Part shown: positions 55,222 through 63,934 of the stretch, one piece after another
Layout of the letters: each line of letters begins with the position of its first letter
Numbering within the stretch: position 1 is the stretch's first letter
Source: an uncultured virus (IMG/VR IMGVR_UViG_3300009993_000002)
Taxonomy: Duplodnaviria; Heunggongvirae; Uroviricota; Caudoviricetes
IMG/VR virus record: IMGVR_UViG_3300009993_000002
DNA: 64,000 nt
Strand: one strand, 5' to 3'
Position numbers and translations under genes: made by a program
Notes under the pieces: model-generated
What the model was told of the DNA's origin: nothing
The model's input: only the letters and a program-made list of their open reading frames with translations
The model's database searches: none

Positions 55222-55532
55222 CCACTCCTTCTGCGCATCGCCGTACTCTTGATCACTGAACCCTGACGGACCGTGGACTCGCCCTGCCTGCCGTCGTTCA
55301 TGCGCAGGTAGTCCTTCACGCCGGAACCCCCGGACGCCGTGCTGCCGGGAAGCGTCTTGCGCTCCCCCCATGGCAGGTCCGGATGTTCCACCCTGGCTTT
55401 CGCCAGGCGCGTGGTGATGGTCTGCGGAGCGCAGTCGAACTGGACCGACAGATCGAGTTGGGACAGGCCCTCCAGCCAAGCCAGCGCGATCTTGCGGTTG
55501 TCGAGGTCCGGCCGCTTTACGCGTCGGTCCAT
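55218..55532 (-). CDS. Small HTH protein
   Basis: 'GLSQLDLSVQFDCAPQTITTRL'. Confidence 0.55.
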   Translation of the reverse strand: MDRRVKRPDLDNRKIALAWLEGLSQLDLSVQFDCAPQTITTRLAKARVEHPDLPWGERKTLPGSTASGGSGVKDYLRMNDGRQGESTVRQGSVIKSTAMRRRSG

Positions 55533-56059
55533 CGCACCCCCTCGTTCCGGCCCGCCTCGTGCTCCTTCAGCTCGGGGGTGAGGGAAGGGTTCACGATCCG
55601 CAGGATTTCGTAGATGTCGGCAGGTCGCAGGTGTGGCCACATCATCTGCCGGGCCTCCTTGTACTTGCGCTCCAGGCGCTCCCTCGTGGCCCCGTCCAGG
55701 TGCTTGAGGCGGTCGGGCAGGGAGTTGTGGGCGTTGTCGCTCGTCTTCACCAGCATGGCCGCGTAGCCACCCTGGATGACCCGCTCGATCTGCTCGCGCT
55801 TCGTCGAGCCCGGCACCTTCGTAACCGCGTCGATGATCTCCAGGGAGATCTCGGTAACGCCCGCCGCCCGCAGAGACTCCAGGGTCTCGTCGGTGTCCTC
55901 GACGACATCGTGCAGCAGCCCGGCAACCCGCACGGGTTCCGAGAACGACGCGAGGCCAGTGGAGACTGCCCGCGCGTGCTCGATGTACGGAACGCCGTTC
56001 TTGTCGAACTGGTCCTTGTGCGCGTTGGCCGCGATGATGTCGGCTTCCCAAGTGCGCAT
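55517..56059 (-). CDS. HD-domain hydrolase, RelA/SpoT (Mesh1/SAH)-like
   Basis: 'HKDQ...G.PYIEH...AGLLHDVVEDT...VK.SD..HN'. Confidence 0.85.
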   Translation of the reverse strand: MRTWEADIIAANAHKDQFDKNGVPYIEHARAVSTGLASFSEPVRVAGLLHDVVEDTDETLESLRAAGVTEISLEIIDAVTKVPGSTKREQIERVIQGGYAAMLVKTSDNAHNSLPDRLKHLDGATRERLERKYKEARQMMWPHLRPADIYEILRIVNPSLTPELKEHEAGRNEGVRWTDA

Positions 56060-57705
56060 TACGCCTTCTCTCTTTCCGTGTTGTCCAGATAGAGCGCACC
56101 CATGCGAGCACGCTTCTCCAGGTTCTTCATGTAGACCTCATCGTCGATTGTTCCGACGGTGGTAAACCGCCATCTCTGAACCGGCGATGTCTGACCTGGA
56201 CGATGCAGGCGCCCTTCGGCCTGCTCGTTCATCACGTTGTCTTCCGTGTACGAAATGATCGCCTCGCACCGGCAGACATCCTTCAGCCAGTCCACGCCTT
56301 CGGAGAGGGACTGGAGCTGGGCTACGAGGACTCGCCACTGCGTGCCGAAAGTTGTCTCGATCTGTTTGCGCTTGCCTGGAGTCGTCTTCATCGTCCAGGC
56401 CACCGCTTGCGAACCAAGCGCCTTTTCAGCCATACGAGCCCACTTCGCTGAGTGAGTCCACGCGAGCAACGGCTCTCCTGGCGGAAGGTCGGCGAGGAGA
56501 TCTATCAGCGCTGTGAGTTTCGGCTGCGGCATTTCCTCGTCGTAGGAAATCTCCAGCTTGTCCATTGCGTAAGACACGTGCAATTTGACGTGCCCACTGG
56601 CTGGATCTTCCCTCTCTTCCAGGATCTTCAGATCGTAAATCTTCGGATCCATCTTCAGTTCGAAATGCTTCTGCCGGGTGACCCAGCTTTCCTTCCGCAG
56701 GGTCATCTCGTCGGCGCGCAAGGTGCCCAGGGCCGCCTGCCGGAGCCGGGTGCGCTGCTCGACCGGGAGGGGGGCGGCTACCGGCTGGTCGGCCAGCCAC
56801 GCGAGGGACTGTCCCTCGAAGTCGCGGTACTGCTCCTCCTGCTCCTTGGCCATGTGCACGCGGATCTCGCGCTCGATGACCGGTGGGAGCTGGTCGACGA
56901 CCTCCTCGGTCCGGTACCGGACTACGGCCGGGATGTCGCGCCAGACGCCACCGGGAACCAGCTCTTCGCCGATCTCCTCGCGTTCGACCTTCTGGCCGCC
57001 CTGGTAGTAGCTCTTGTCCTCGAACTTGAAGTGCCTCCGGGCCCAGTCGTGGAAGGACGGGTACCGGTGGGGCCAGATCAGGTTCAGCACGGTCCACAGG
57101 CCCTTGGGGTGGTTGCCGCCTGGGGTGGCCGAGAGCGCGAGCCAGCGGTCCGCGCTGATGCACTTCAGGACATAGCGGGGGACGCCGTGCCGGTTGGTCA
57201 TCCGGTGCGACTCGTCGAGGATCACAAGATCCCAGGTTCCGGTCCTCGTCCACGGCGGGACCGTTCCCTCCTTGATCCCCTTCAGTGCTGCCGCCTTGGT
57301 GGCCTTCGGCTCCTTGCGCAGAGCGTTCCTGCCGTTCGAAGCCCGGCGCCGGATGTCCTCCGGGATGCCGCCGTGCATGGCCTGCCACCCGATGATGAAG
57401 ACGCCGGGCGGCTTCTTCCTGGCCGTCAACAGGGACCAGCCCTCGACGTCCTTGCGGTGAGTGCCGAGGAGTCTGGTGAGCCCCTTCTCGGCCAGCGACG
57501 GAAACTGCTCCTCGAAGGTGCGCTGCCACTGGCCGAGGGTGTTGATCGGGGCGATCACGAGAATGCGCGGCATTCGGCCGAGGTTGAGCAGGCGGACGGC
57601 CTCAACGCTGGTGACCGTTTTACCGGCACCGAGGCCGGAGGCGTTGATGCCGCCTCCGGCCAGGATGCGGCGCGTCTCCTCCTGATAGGGGCGGAGGGTT
57701 TTCAT
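56059..57705 (-). CDS. SF2 (SNF2-like) helicase
   Basis: 'LRPYQ', 'GLGAGKT', 'LDESH', 'LSATP', 'QAEGRLHRPGQ'. Confidence 0.88.
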   Translation of the reverse strand: MKTLRPYQEETRRILAGGGINASGLGAGKTVTSVEAVRLLNLGRMPRILVIAPINTLGQWQRTFEEQFPSLAEKGLTRLLGTHRKDVEGWSLLTARKKPPGVFIIGWQAMHGGIPEDIRRRASNGRNALRKEPKATKAAALKGIKEGTVPPWTRTGTWDLVILDESHRMTNRHGVPRYVLKCISADRWLALSATPGGNHPKGLWTVLNLIWPHRYPSFHDWARRHFKFEDKSYYQGGQKVEREEIGEELVPGGVWRDIPAVVRYRTEEVVDQLPPVIEREIRVHMAKEQEEQYRDFEGQSLAWLADQPVAAPLPVEQRTRLRQAALGTLRADEMTLRKESWVTRQKHFELKMDPKIYDLKILEEREDPASGHVKLHVSYAMDKLEISYDEEMPQPKLTALIDLLADLPPGEPLLAWTHSAKWARMAEKALGSQAVAWTMKTTPGKRKQIETTFGTQWRVLVAQLQSLSEGVDWLKDVCRCEAIISYTEDNVMNEQAEGRLHRPGQTSPVQRWRFTTVGTIDDEVYMKNLEKRARMGALYLDNTEREKA

Positions 57706-57719
57706 GTGCAGGTCTCCCG

Positions 57720-57980
57720 TTAGTTCATGGAGAAGTTGTGCTTCAGCTTCTGGTGCGCCTTCAGCGTTTCTGCGGCCTCCTGGCGGAAGGTGTAAATGTC
57801 GTCAGGCACCTCTTCGTCGAGATTCACCCAGGAGTAGCTGTTGACGCTGCACACATCTTCGCCATCTTCGGGGATGAAGAAGGACCAGCCGACAGGCTTT
57901 TTCGGGAAGCCCGCGAACTCCAGACGGAAGTCCTTGGCCCTCGGGTGAACTTCGCGCGCCTTCTCTTCATGTCTCAGCAC
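57720..57980 (-). CDS. Hypothetical protein
   Basis: GAGG RBS before GTG. Confidence 0.4.
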   Translation of the reverse strand: MLRHEEKAREVHPRAKDFRLEFAGFPKKPVGWSFFIPEDGEDVCSVNSYSWVNLDEEVPDDIYTFRQEAAETLKAHQKLKHNFSMN

Positions 57981-58312
57981 GTTTCCTCTTCTCGTTCCGC
58001 CGCCCGCCGTCGAGCGACTTCCTTGTGTGCTTCCTTCAGTAGGGAGGAGCCGCGAGTCCACGCCTGGGGTACGTCGTCGATGAACTGCGTCAGCCGATCG
58101 CGCAGCTCGATCGCGTCGGCCAGGCTCAGGTGCGGGTCGACAGGCGTCTTGTCGCCAGCCTCGCCGAGGAACAGCCAGACGTGCGGCCCGCTGGCCGCCG
58201 AGGACTCCTGGACGCGTATTTCGACCGGCCGTCCGTAGCTGGTGACGACGGCACTGCCGCCGTAGAGCATGAAGCCGCGAGCGCTGGACGGGACGGCCGG
58301 GTTCAGAGACAT
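57974..58312 (-). CDS. Hypothetical protein
   Basis: 'VQESSAA..PHVWL...HLS..DA..LRD.L'. Confidence 0.55.
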   Translation of the reverse strand: MSLNPAVPSSARGFMLYGGSAVVTSYGRPVEIRVQESSAASGPHVWLFLGEAGDKTPVDPHLSLADAIELRDRLTQFIDDVPQAWTRGSSLLKEAHKEVARRRAAEREEETC

Positions 58313-58545
58313 GCGTACACCGCCGCGATCTCGGCATCTGCGGCCATGCCTTCGGCTTCGGCCATCTCGGCGATGTCGTAGGGCCACCTGAAGTCGGCGT
58401 ACGTGATGATCACGGTCTTGCCTTCCCGGCGGCCCCGGTTGTTCCGTCCCGCCTTCGGGGCCTCGTTGCACCGGTCAATCACCCATTGCGCCGACTTTTC
58501 GTCCAGACATTCGAGCCGGACTTCCGGCAGCTTCTCAGTCTCCAT
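58303..58545 (-). CDS. Hypothetical protein
   Basis: ORF in the operon. Confidence 0.45.
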   Translation of the reverse strand: METEKLPEVRLECLDEKSAQWVIDRCNEAPKAGRNNRGRREGKTVIITYADFRWPYDIAEMAEAEGMAADAEIAAVYACL

Positions 58546-58749
58546 TGAGCTGCACCCTCCCCGCTTCCGCGAGCTTGATTCGCAGGTAGGCGACGGCTCC
58601 GGGCCGCGCCATGGCTTCTTCCGTGGTGTGAGGGGTTTCCGACTCCGCTTCCGCCAGAAGCTCTCGGATCACCCGAACCCTCGCGGGGTCATATTCTCTG
58701 CTGGCCATGGCGGTCCTTTCTGTGGGGCGCCAAGCCTATTTCCAGTCGG

Positions 58750-58950
58750 TCAGTTCAGCATCTCCACGATCGCCCTGACCGCCCCGAGCAGGACTTCTCC
58801 CGTCCTGGTGCCAATCAGGAGGAGGCCGAGGACCAGCGCCAGAACTGCGGTTACCTGAACGCTTGTTGCACTGGACGGCCCCCCGGAAGGGCGGAGCCGG
58901 AAGAACAGGATGACAGCGAGCAGAACTGCGAGATCGACATGGATGCTCAT
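58750..58950 (-). CDS. Small 2-TM protein
   Basis: Hydrophobic, GGAGG RBS. Confidence 0.5.
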   Translation of the reverse strand: MSIHVDLAVLLAVILFFRLRPSGGPSSATSVQVTAVLALVLGLLLIGTRTGEVLLGAVRAIVEMLN

Positions 58951-58965
58951 GCCCCCTCCATGGGG

Positions 58966-59193
58966 CTACCTCGTGAAGACCACCTTCGCCCAGGCGGGCG
59001 AAAGGCAGTGGGACGGGTGATTGAAAGCGATGCCGCAGGCGGTACACAGGCGTACGCCGATGAACCAGTGCGGCACCTGCGGGAGCCGGGTGTCGGCCGA
59101 CTCGCGGTGCGCCGCCTCGGGCTGACCGCAGTTCGGGAAGAGGCAGCGCCGCTCACCCCGGAACACGTGATCGCCAATGAGGGTCAGTGCCAC
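58966..59193 (-). CDS. Small Cys/His-rich protein
   Basis: Duplicated 'H.F.G.R.C..CG' motif. Confidence 0.5.
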   Translation of the reverse strand: MALTLIGDHVFRGERRCLFPNCGQPEAAHRESADTRLPQVPHWFIGVRLCTACGIAFNHPSHCLSPAWAKVVFTR

Positions 59194-59669
59194 CTGCGAC
59201 GCACCTCCTGAAGTGCCTCCACCAGCTCGGGCGAGAGAAACATCATCCGAAGGTGGCGCTCACACCGCTCCGTCGTCTCGATGCCGGTGATTCCGGAACG
59301 AAGGGCAACGAGGAAGGGGGCGGGCTCCCCGCAGACCTGCGACAGGTTGGGTCCGAAGGCTTCCGCGCAGGTGCCTGAGGTGTCCCACTTCTTCGGGACC
59401 CACTGGGTGACGAAGGTTCCCCGGGGGAACACCTCTTCGCCCTTGACGTCCAGCTCGTCGAACCAGGTGTCGACGTGCACCTCGGAGGTGTTCGGCTCCA
59501 GGTAGGAGACCTTCCAGTACCGGTTGTCGTCCTGGATGACGGCCGACCAGAGCGATCCGTACTCCTGGTGCTCGACGAACTGGCGGTGCACCACCTTGTC
59601 GCTCATGCCGGTGACGGCGATGTGGTGGCGCTCCAGCCACTCGACCGGGAAGGAGCGGGTGGCGCTCAC
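59184..59669 (-). CDS. Hypothetical protein
   Basis: Coupled GTG start. Confidence 0.5.
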   Translation of the reverse strand: MSATRSFPVEWLERHHIAVTGMSDKVVHRQFVEHQEYGSLWSAVIQDDNRYWKVSYLEPNTSEVHVDTWFDELDVKGEEVFPRGTFVTQWVPKKWDTSGTCAEAFGPNLSQVCGEPAPFLVALRSGITGIETTERCERHLRMMFLSPELVEALQEVRRRWH

Positions 59670-59905
59670 TTCTTGCGCTCCGGCAGCACCTCGGCGACGA
59701 CCAGCGCGGCGCGATTGACGCCCCGGCGGATCGGACCGACCTTCATGGCCCCGATGCCCACGGCGGTCAGGGCGACAGCCGTCGCGGCACCCAGCGTCGG
59801 ATCGCCGGTCACGCCAGATGCCACAGCACCCAGCGCCGTGGACACGCCGATCGCCGTCACGTCGTGAATCACGAGGTGTTCGTCGGCGCCCTCGATGCCC
59901 TTCAT
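59666..59905 (-). CDS. Small membrane protein
   Basis: Two hydrophobic segments. Confidence 0.5.
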   Translation of the reverse strand: MKGIEGADEHLVIHDVTAIGVSTALGAVASGVTGDPTLGAATAVALTAVGIGAMKVGPIRRGVNRAALVVAEVLPERKK

Positions 59906-60105
59906 GGCTTTTCTTCCCTTCCGTTCGCGATCCGCTCGATCGCCTCATGCAGCTTCGGTGATGTGGAGTAGACGACCAGGTAGGCCATCATGAAAAGAAC
60001 GAATGCGGCGGCACCGAAAAGAATGGCCAGCACGAATGCGACGGCCACGCTCGGCAGGATTGCGATCACGATGTATCGCACCTGATTTTTCACCGACGCC
60101 CCCAT
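59902..60105 (-). CDS. Small membrane protein
   Basis: Two TM segments. Confidence 0.45.
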   Translation of the reverse strand: MGASVKNQVRYIVIAILPSVAVAFVLAILFGAAAFVLFMMAYLVVYSTSPKLHEAIERIANGREEKP

Positions 60106-60235
60106 ATCGTTCGAGAGGATCCGAGAATCACCATCAGGCAGGCAATCGCCCAGATCATCGAACAGAGAAAGCCCATTTCCTCGTTGATGAGGAGTGCAGG
60201 GAGCAGCACGAAGAGCCATCTCGCCAGGTACAGAT

Positions 60236-60553
60236 TCACTGCTCGACTGTTCCCTCCGGGCTGAAGAGCGCGCCCTGATCCTGGTGGCCACCCGGGGGCT
60301 TGCCGCCGTTTTCGATGAGGGCCCAGTGCGCCGCAGGATCACTCAGGCTGAGCCGGTGGGCCAGCCACTCGCGGAGCAGCGGAAGCTGCTCCTGTGACCA
60401 GCCGAGCGTTTCGTTACGGCCCTTCTTGTCGTGCACGACGTGTACGACCGGCATCGGGAAAGCCCCGAAGGGGCGGTCGACCCAGTTCGTAACCGTCTGC
60501 GGTGTGACGCCCAGGTGCTTGGCCACGTAGATCTGGCTGTACAGCTTCTCCAC
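60236..60553 (-). CDS. HTH DNA-binding protein (Cro/Xis-like)
   Basis: 'YVAKHLGVTPQTVTNW...FPMP'. Confidence 0.7.
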   Translation of the reverse strand: MEKLYSQIYVAKHLGVTPQTVTNWVDRPFGAFPMPVVHVVHDKKGRNETLGWSQEQLPLLREWLAHRLSLSDPAAHWALIENGGKPPGGHQDQGALFSPEGTVEQ

Positions 60554-60567
60554 GTTCCTCTCCTTTC

Positions 60568-60598
60568 GGCCTAGGCCAGCTTACCACAAACCTAGGCC
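60568..60598 (-). promoter_or_regulatory. Two CCTAGGCC operators flanking a -10 element
   Basis: Copies at 60568-60577 and 60591-60598 around TGG-TAAGCT on the - strand. Confidence 0.6.
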
Positions 60599-60606
60599 GC
60601 TACGCC

Positions 60607-61005
60607 TCAACCCTGTTGAGATTGAGGCAAGTTGGGGTGACGCGCCTCCAGGAGGTCGGCCACCTCGTTGAGCGTGTCGACCGAGTACGGTTCGAGACCG
60701 TCCTTGCCGTGGCCGACCAAGCGCGCCTCGATGCCCAGATCCCGCAGCCGGGCCTTCGCCAGGGTTCGCCGCCGCTCTTCGGCCACCTCGGTCTTCGTCT
60801 TGAAGTAGAGGGTGTAAGCGCCCTGGAGGGCGTGCCGGGTTTCCCTGCTGAAGGGGACCGGCTTGAATCCGTACGGCGACCCGATGAAGACCCGCTTCGT
60901 GCCGATCTCCGTGATCGGGCACTCCTTCTGAGAGTTGCCGTCGAAGAGGATCACCGTGCTGCCGACCGTAAGGACTTCCCCGCCGGTCTCAAAACTGCGT
61001 GCCAC
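60607..61005 (-). CDS. Hypothetical protein
   Basis: AAGGA RBS. Confidence 0.5.
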   Translation of the reverse strand: MARSFETGGEVLTVGSTVILFDGNSQKECPITEIGTKRVFIGSPYGFKPVPFSRETRHALQGAYTLYFKTKTEVAEERRRTLAKARLRDLGIEARLVGHGKDGLEPYSVDTLNEVADLLEARHPNLPQSQQG

Positions 61006-61059
61006 TTGCTTCCTTTCCGGATGCGGGGCGGCCCTCCGGCCGCCCCGGCTGCTGTCCGA

Positions 61060-62082
61060 TCAGCCCTCGATGACCGTGTCGATCACATAGAGGGACTTCG
61101 AGGTGTTGGGCCGGACCTCGCGCACGGGCTTGCCCGTCGCGAGCCGAACCGCCTCCCACGCCATGTTCACACCCGTCTTCCAGCAGTGGAACAGGCCGTC
61201 CGAGCCGCGCGGGTTGACCTCCAGCAGGACGGGCTGGCCGTCGAGCATGCGGGTCTGCACGTTGCACAGGTACAGGATGTCGAGCTTCGTCGCCATCGCG
61301 CGGGCGATGTGGTGGATCTGCTCGTCGTCGGAGAAGGTGCGCGCGTACTTGCCCTTGATTCGGGCGATGGTGGTGACCACCTCGCCGGTCGGGGCGCGCA
61401 GCACGTCCACGCTGGCCTCCGGCTCGTCCATGACGGGGGCCACGATCAGGGGAGGCAGTTTTTCGCCCTCGGCCTCCATCGCGATCAGGGCCTGCTCGTA
61501 GTCGTCCACCTGCACCGTGCGCCGGGGCGAGACGAAGAGGTCGGCCGGACCGGGCCGGTTGCGCTTCAGCACGCGGAAGCCGTCGGCCGCCCAGCCCGTG
61601 TCGGGCTTCACGCAGACCTCGCGGCCGTCGGCCTCGATGGTCTCGAACGCCTCACGGAAGGCGGCGGAGTCTGTCACCTGGAAGTGCTGCGGGACGAACA
61701 GCCCGGCCTCCTTGGCGGCGGCGTACGTGGCCGTCTTGGAGTCGGCGATGGCCGCACCTGTCACGCTCGGCTGGGACAGCAGGGTCACGCCCAGGGCCTC
61801 GAACTCGTGCTGGTAGGTAGCCAGCACGTGGAACCGGTCGGACGGGATGAGGATGTCGATGCCGTTGGCCTGCGCGAAGTGCAGCGCCCACTCGGCGTAG
61901 TCCTCGTCGCTCACATCACGGTCCGGCTCGGTTCCGGCGATGTCGGCCTTGGCGAGCGCGGGTCCCATCTGCGGGTGGGTGGCGTAGACGGTGACCTGCT
62001 CACCGTCGGGGTTGTCGTGCAGCATGTCGACCAGGTGCGCCTTGTAGGTGCGGGCCCGGTTGATCCATACGCGTACGCTCAC
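61060..62082 (-). CDS. ATP-grasp ligase (Ter-associated type)
   Basis: N-terminus 'RVWINR...VYATH'; 'CVKP..G..A.GFRVL'; 'SVD'; 'LLEVNPR'. Confidence 0.8.
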   Translation of the reverse strand: MSVRVWINRARTYKAHLVDMLHDNPDGEQVTVYATHPQMGPALAKADIAGTEPDRDVSDEDYAEWALHFAQANGIDILIPSDRFHVLATYQHEFEALGVTLLSQPSVTGAAIADSKTATYAAAKEAGLFVPQHFQVTDSAAFREAFETIEADGREVCVKPDTGWAADGFRVLKRNRPGPADLFVSPRRTVQVDDYEQALIAMEAEGEKLPPLIVAPVMDEPEASVDVLRAPTGEVVTTIARIKGKYARTFSDDEQIHHIARAMATKLDILYLCNVQTRMLDGQPVLLEVNPRGSDGLFHCWKTGVNMAWEAVRLATGKPVREVRPNTSKSLYVIDTVIEG

Positions 62083-62163
62083 GTCTTCTCCTTTTCCGTT
62101 TCTCAACATACCCAATATTAGCGGAAGTTGAGGGCTGTAAGCAACCTAGGCCACTTACGGGAA

Positions 62164-62191
62164 GAGCCCCCTCCGGAATCAGAGGGGGCTC
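62164..62191 (-). terminator. Intrinsic terminator-like hairpin after the TROVE gene
   Basis: GAGCCCCCTC...GAGGGGGCTC. Confidence 0.65.
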
Positions 62192-62228
62192 AAGGGGCGC
62201 ACGCAGGGTCAGATCGTGCGCCCGGCCG

Positions 62229-63857
62229 TCAGACCATCCACGGCCACGGAGCGTTCTTGCGGTTCTCCACCAGCTCGACCAGGCCGAAGCTGGCATCCGA
62301 CAGGCCGCCGAAGGTGTGCCGGTTCGGGCTGCGGTTGTCCAGGATCGAGGCGGAGTAGCCCGCCATGTTCCAGACGTAGACCGGGACGTCCTGCGGGATC
62401 AGGTCGTCGATCTTGACCTCCTCCTGGCGCCCCCACCGGTAGGTGCCGTCGTGCTTGACGAAGTAGCCCGGCTTCGACTGCTCGTCGGTGACGATCACGA
62501 CGCGGGTGTGGCTGCGCGTGAGGTTGTCACGCACGGCCGCCGGGATGTCCGTGTAGTTGATCGCGTCCCCGAAGGAGTCGGTGACCTTCAGCACGCTGGA
62601 ACCGCGCGGGACCGCGACCCTCCTGGAGGTGCCGCCGAATGCCACGAGCGTGGCACCCTGCGCCTTCACTGCGAGGGAGGTGCCGAACAGCGCCGCCTGG
62701 TCGGCCAGCGTGATCTCACCCTTGTGCGGGGTCGAGAACGAGTGGTTCGGGAACATGCTCGGGCTGCGGTCCACCAGGATCAGCGTCTCGCCGGAAAGCG
62801 ACGGGACCAGCTCCAGGGAACCGGCCAGGCCGCGCTCCAGCACGTGACCCCAGCGCAGCGACGGCGCCATGCGGTAGGCCAGCAGGAACTGGTACGGGAA
62901 GACCCGCGCCCGGCGCACCCGCTCGCCGTCCGAGAGGACGGCTGCCACCCGGTCGGCCGCCTGGTCGGAGATCCCGTTCTCGTCGAAGTTGCGGAGGTTC
63001 TTCAGCAGCGCGTGCGGCGCCATGATGTGCGTCGCCGCCTCCCACAGCAGCTTCTTGTCGACCTTGCTGCCCAGCTCCGACAGCACGTCCTCCCACGACA
63101 GACCGGCCGCCTTGATGAAGTCCCGCTGGAGCAGGGCCGGGTCGGTCGGGCTGGACGCGGCGAGTGCACGCCACCTCTTCAGCTCGGCCGTCATCGTCAG
63201 GTTCTCGGTCCGGCGCCCGGGACGCTTGTGGCGCCGGTCGATGATGAAACGGAACAGGTCCGACTGCGCGGAGTCCTTCGGCTTCGGGTGGACGATCTCG
63301 ATGACGTCGGCGAACCGGTAGGCCCGGCGGTCGGAATCCCACTTGCCGTACGTGAACTCGTTGTAGAGGCGCACGACGGCACGCGCGATGCCCTGCCGGA
63401 CCGGCATGTAGCGCTTCGGCCACGCCTTGCCCGCGATCGAGAACCAGTAGCTCAGGAACTCGCCCGGCTCGTCGGCGCGCTGAAGCACCCCGTCGACCAT
63501 GTCCTCGACGTGCTCGTACCGGTGCTGGTCGCACAGCGCCTTCGCCACCTCGGCCGCGCCGAGCGCGGAGGCCGTGCGCATGTAGCCGTCCTTGCGCAGC
63601 CACGGCAGCATGTGCGTGACGTGGTACTGCTCCAGCAGGGCGGTGCCGCGAAGGAGGTCCACGTAGCGCTCGTTGCGCGGGTCGGCGCCCTCGTGGAACA
63701 TCTCGGCGGTCACGAGGTTGGACACCGAGAGCAGGTAGAGGTCCGACAGCGGGTTCCGACCGAAGCCGGATGCACCGAGGGCGGTCGTCGCCGGGCCGGT
63801 CGTGCTGACCGGGGACGTGACGCGCGGGCGGACCGTGCGCTTGTTGAAGGTGGCCAT
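62229..63857 (-). CDS. Ro60-related TROVE-vWA RNA-binding protein (Rsr-like)
   Basis: 'QRADEPGE', 'GIA.A...LYNE....KWD', 'ALLKNLRNF', vWA 'LVDRSPSM', 'VTDEQ', 'GLSD'; GAGGAG RBS before ATG 63857. Confidence 0.92.
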   Translation of the reverse strand: MATFNKRTVRPRVTSPVSTTGPATTALGASGFGRNPLSDLYLLSVSNLVTAEMFHEGADPRNERYVDLLRGTALLEQYHVTHMLPWLRKDGYMRTASALGAAEVAKALCDQHRYEHVEDMVDGVLQRADEPGEFLSYWFSIAGKAWPKRYMPVRQGIARAVVRLYNEFTYGKWDSDRRAYRFADVIEIVHPKPKDSAQSDLFRFIIDRRHKRPGRRTENLTMTAELKRWRALAASSPTDPALLQRDFIKAAGLSWEDVLSELGSKVDKKLLWEAATHIMAPHALLKNLRNFDENGISDQAADRVAAVLSDGERVRRARVFPYQFLLAYRMAPSLRWGHVLERGLAGSLELVPSLSGETLILVDRSPSMFPNHSFSTPHKGEITLADQAALFGTSLAVKAQGATLVAFGGTSRRVAVPRGSSVLKVTDSFGDAINYTDIPAAVRDNLTRSHTRVVIVTDEQSKPGYFVKHDGTYRWGRQEEVKIDDLIPQDVPVYVWNMAGYSASILDNRSPNRHTFGGLSDASFGLVELVENRKNAPWPWMV

Positions 63858-63887
63858 GACCGTTCTCCTCTCCGAGAAAACGCGAAA

Positions 63888-63915
63888 CCCCCTCTTCCCA
63901 AAACGGGAGAGGGGG
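63888..63915 (-). terminator. Hairpin between the putative Y RNA and the TROVE gene
   Basis: CCCCCTC..CCC/GGGAGAGGGGG, followed by TTTCGCGTTTT on the - strand. Confidence 0.55.
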
Positions 63916-63934
63916 CGCATGTCAATGTGTGGAT

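Noticed and set aside
63858..63920. N-terminal extension of the TROVE ORF in the ORF track
   Set aside because: It spans a terminator-like hairpin; the RBS supports ATG 63857
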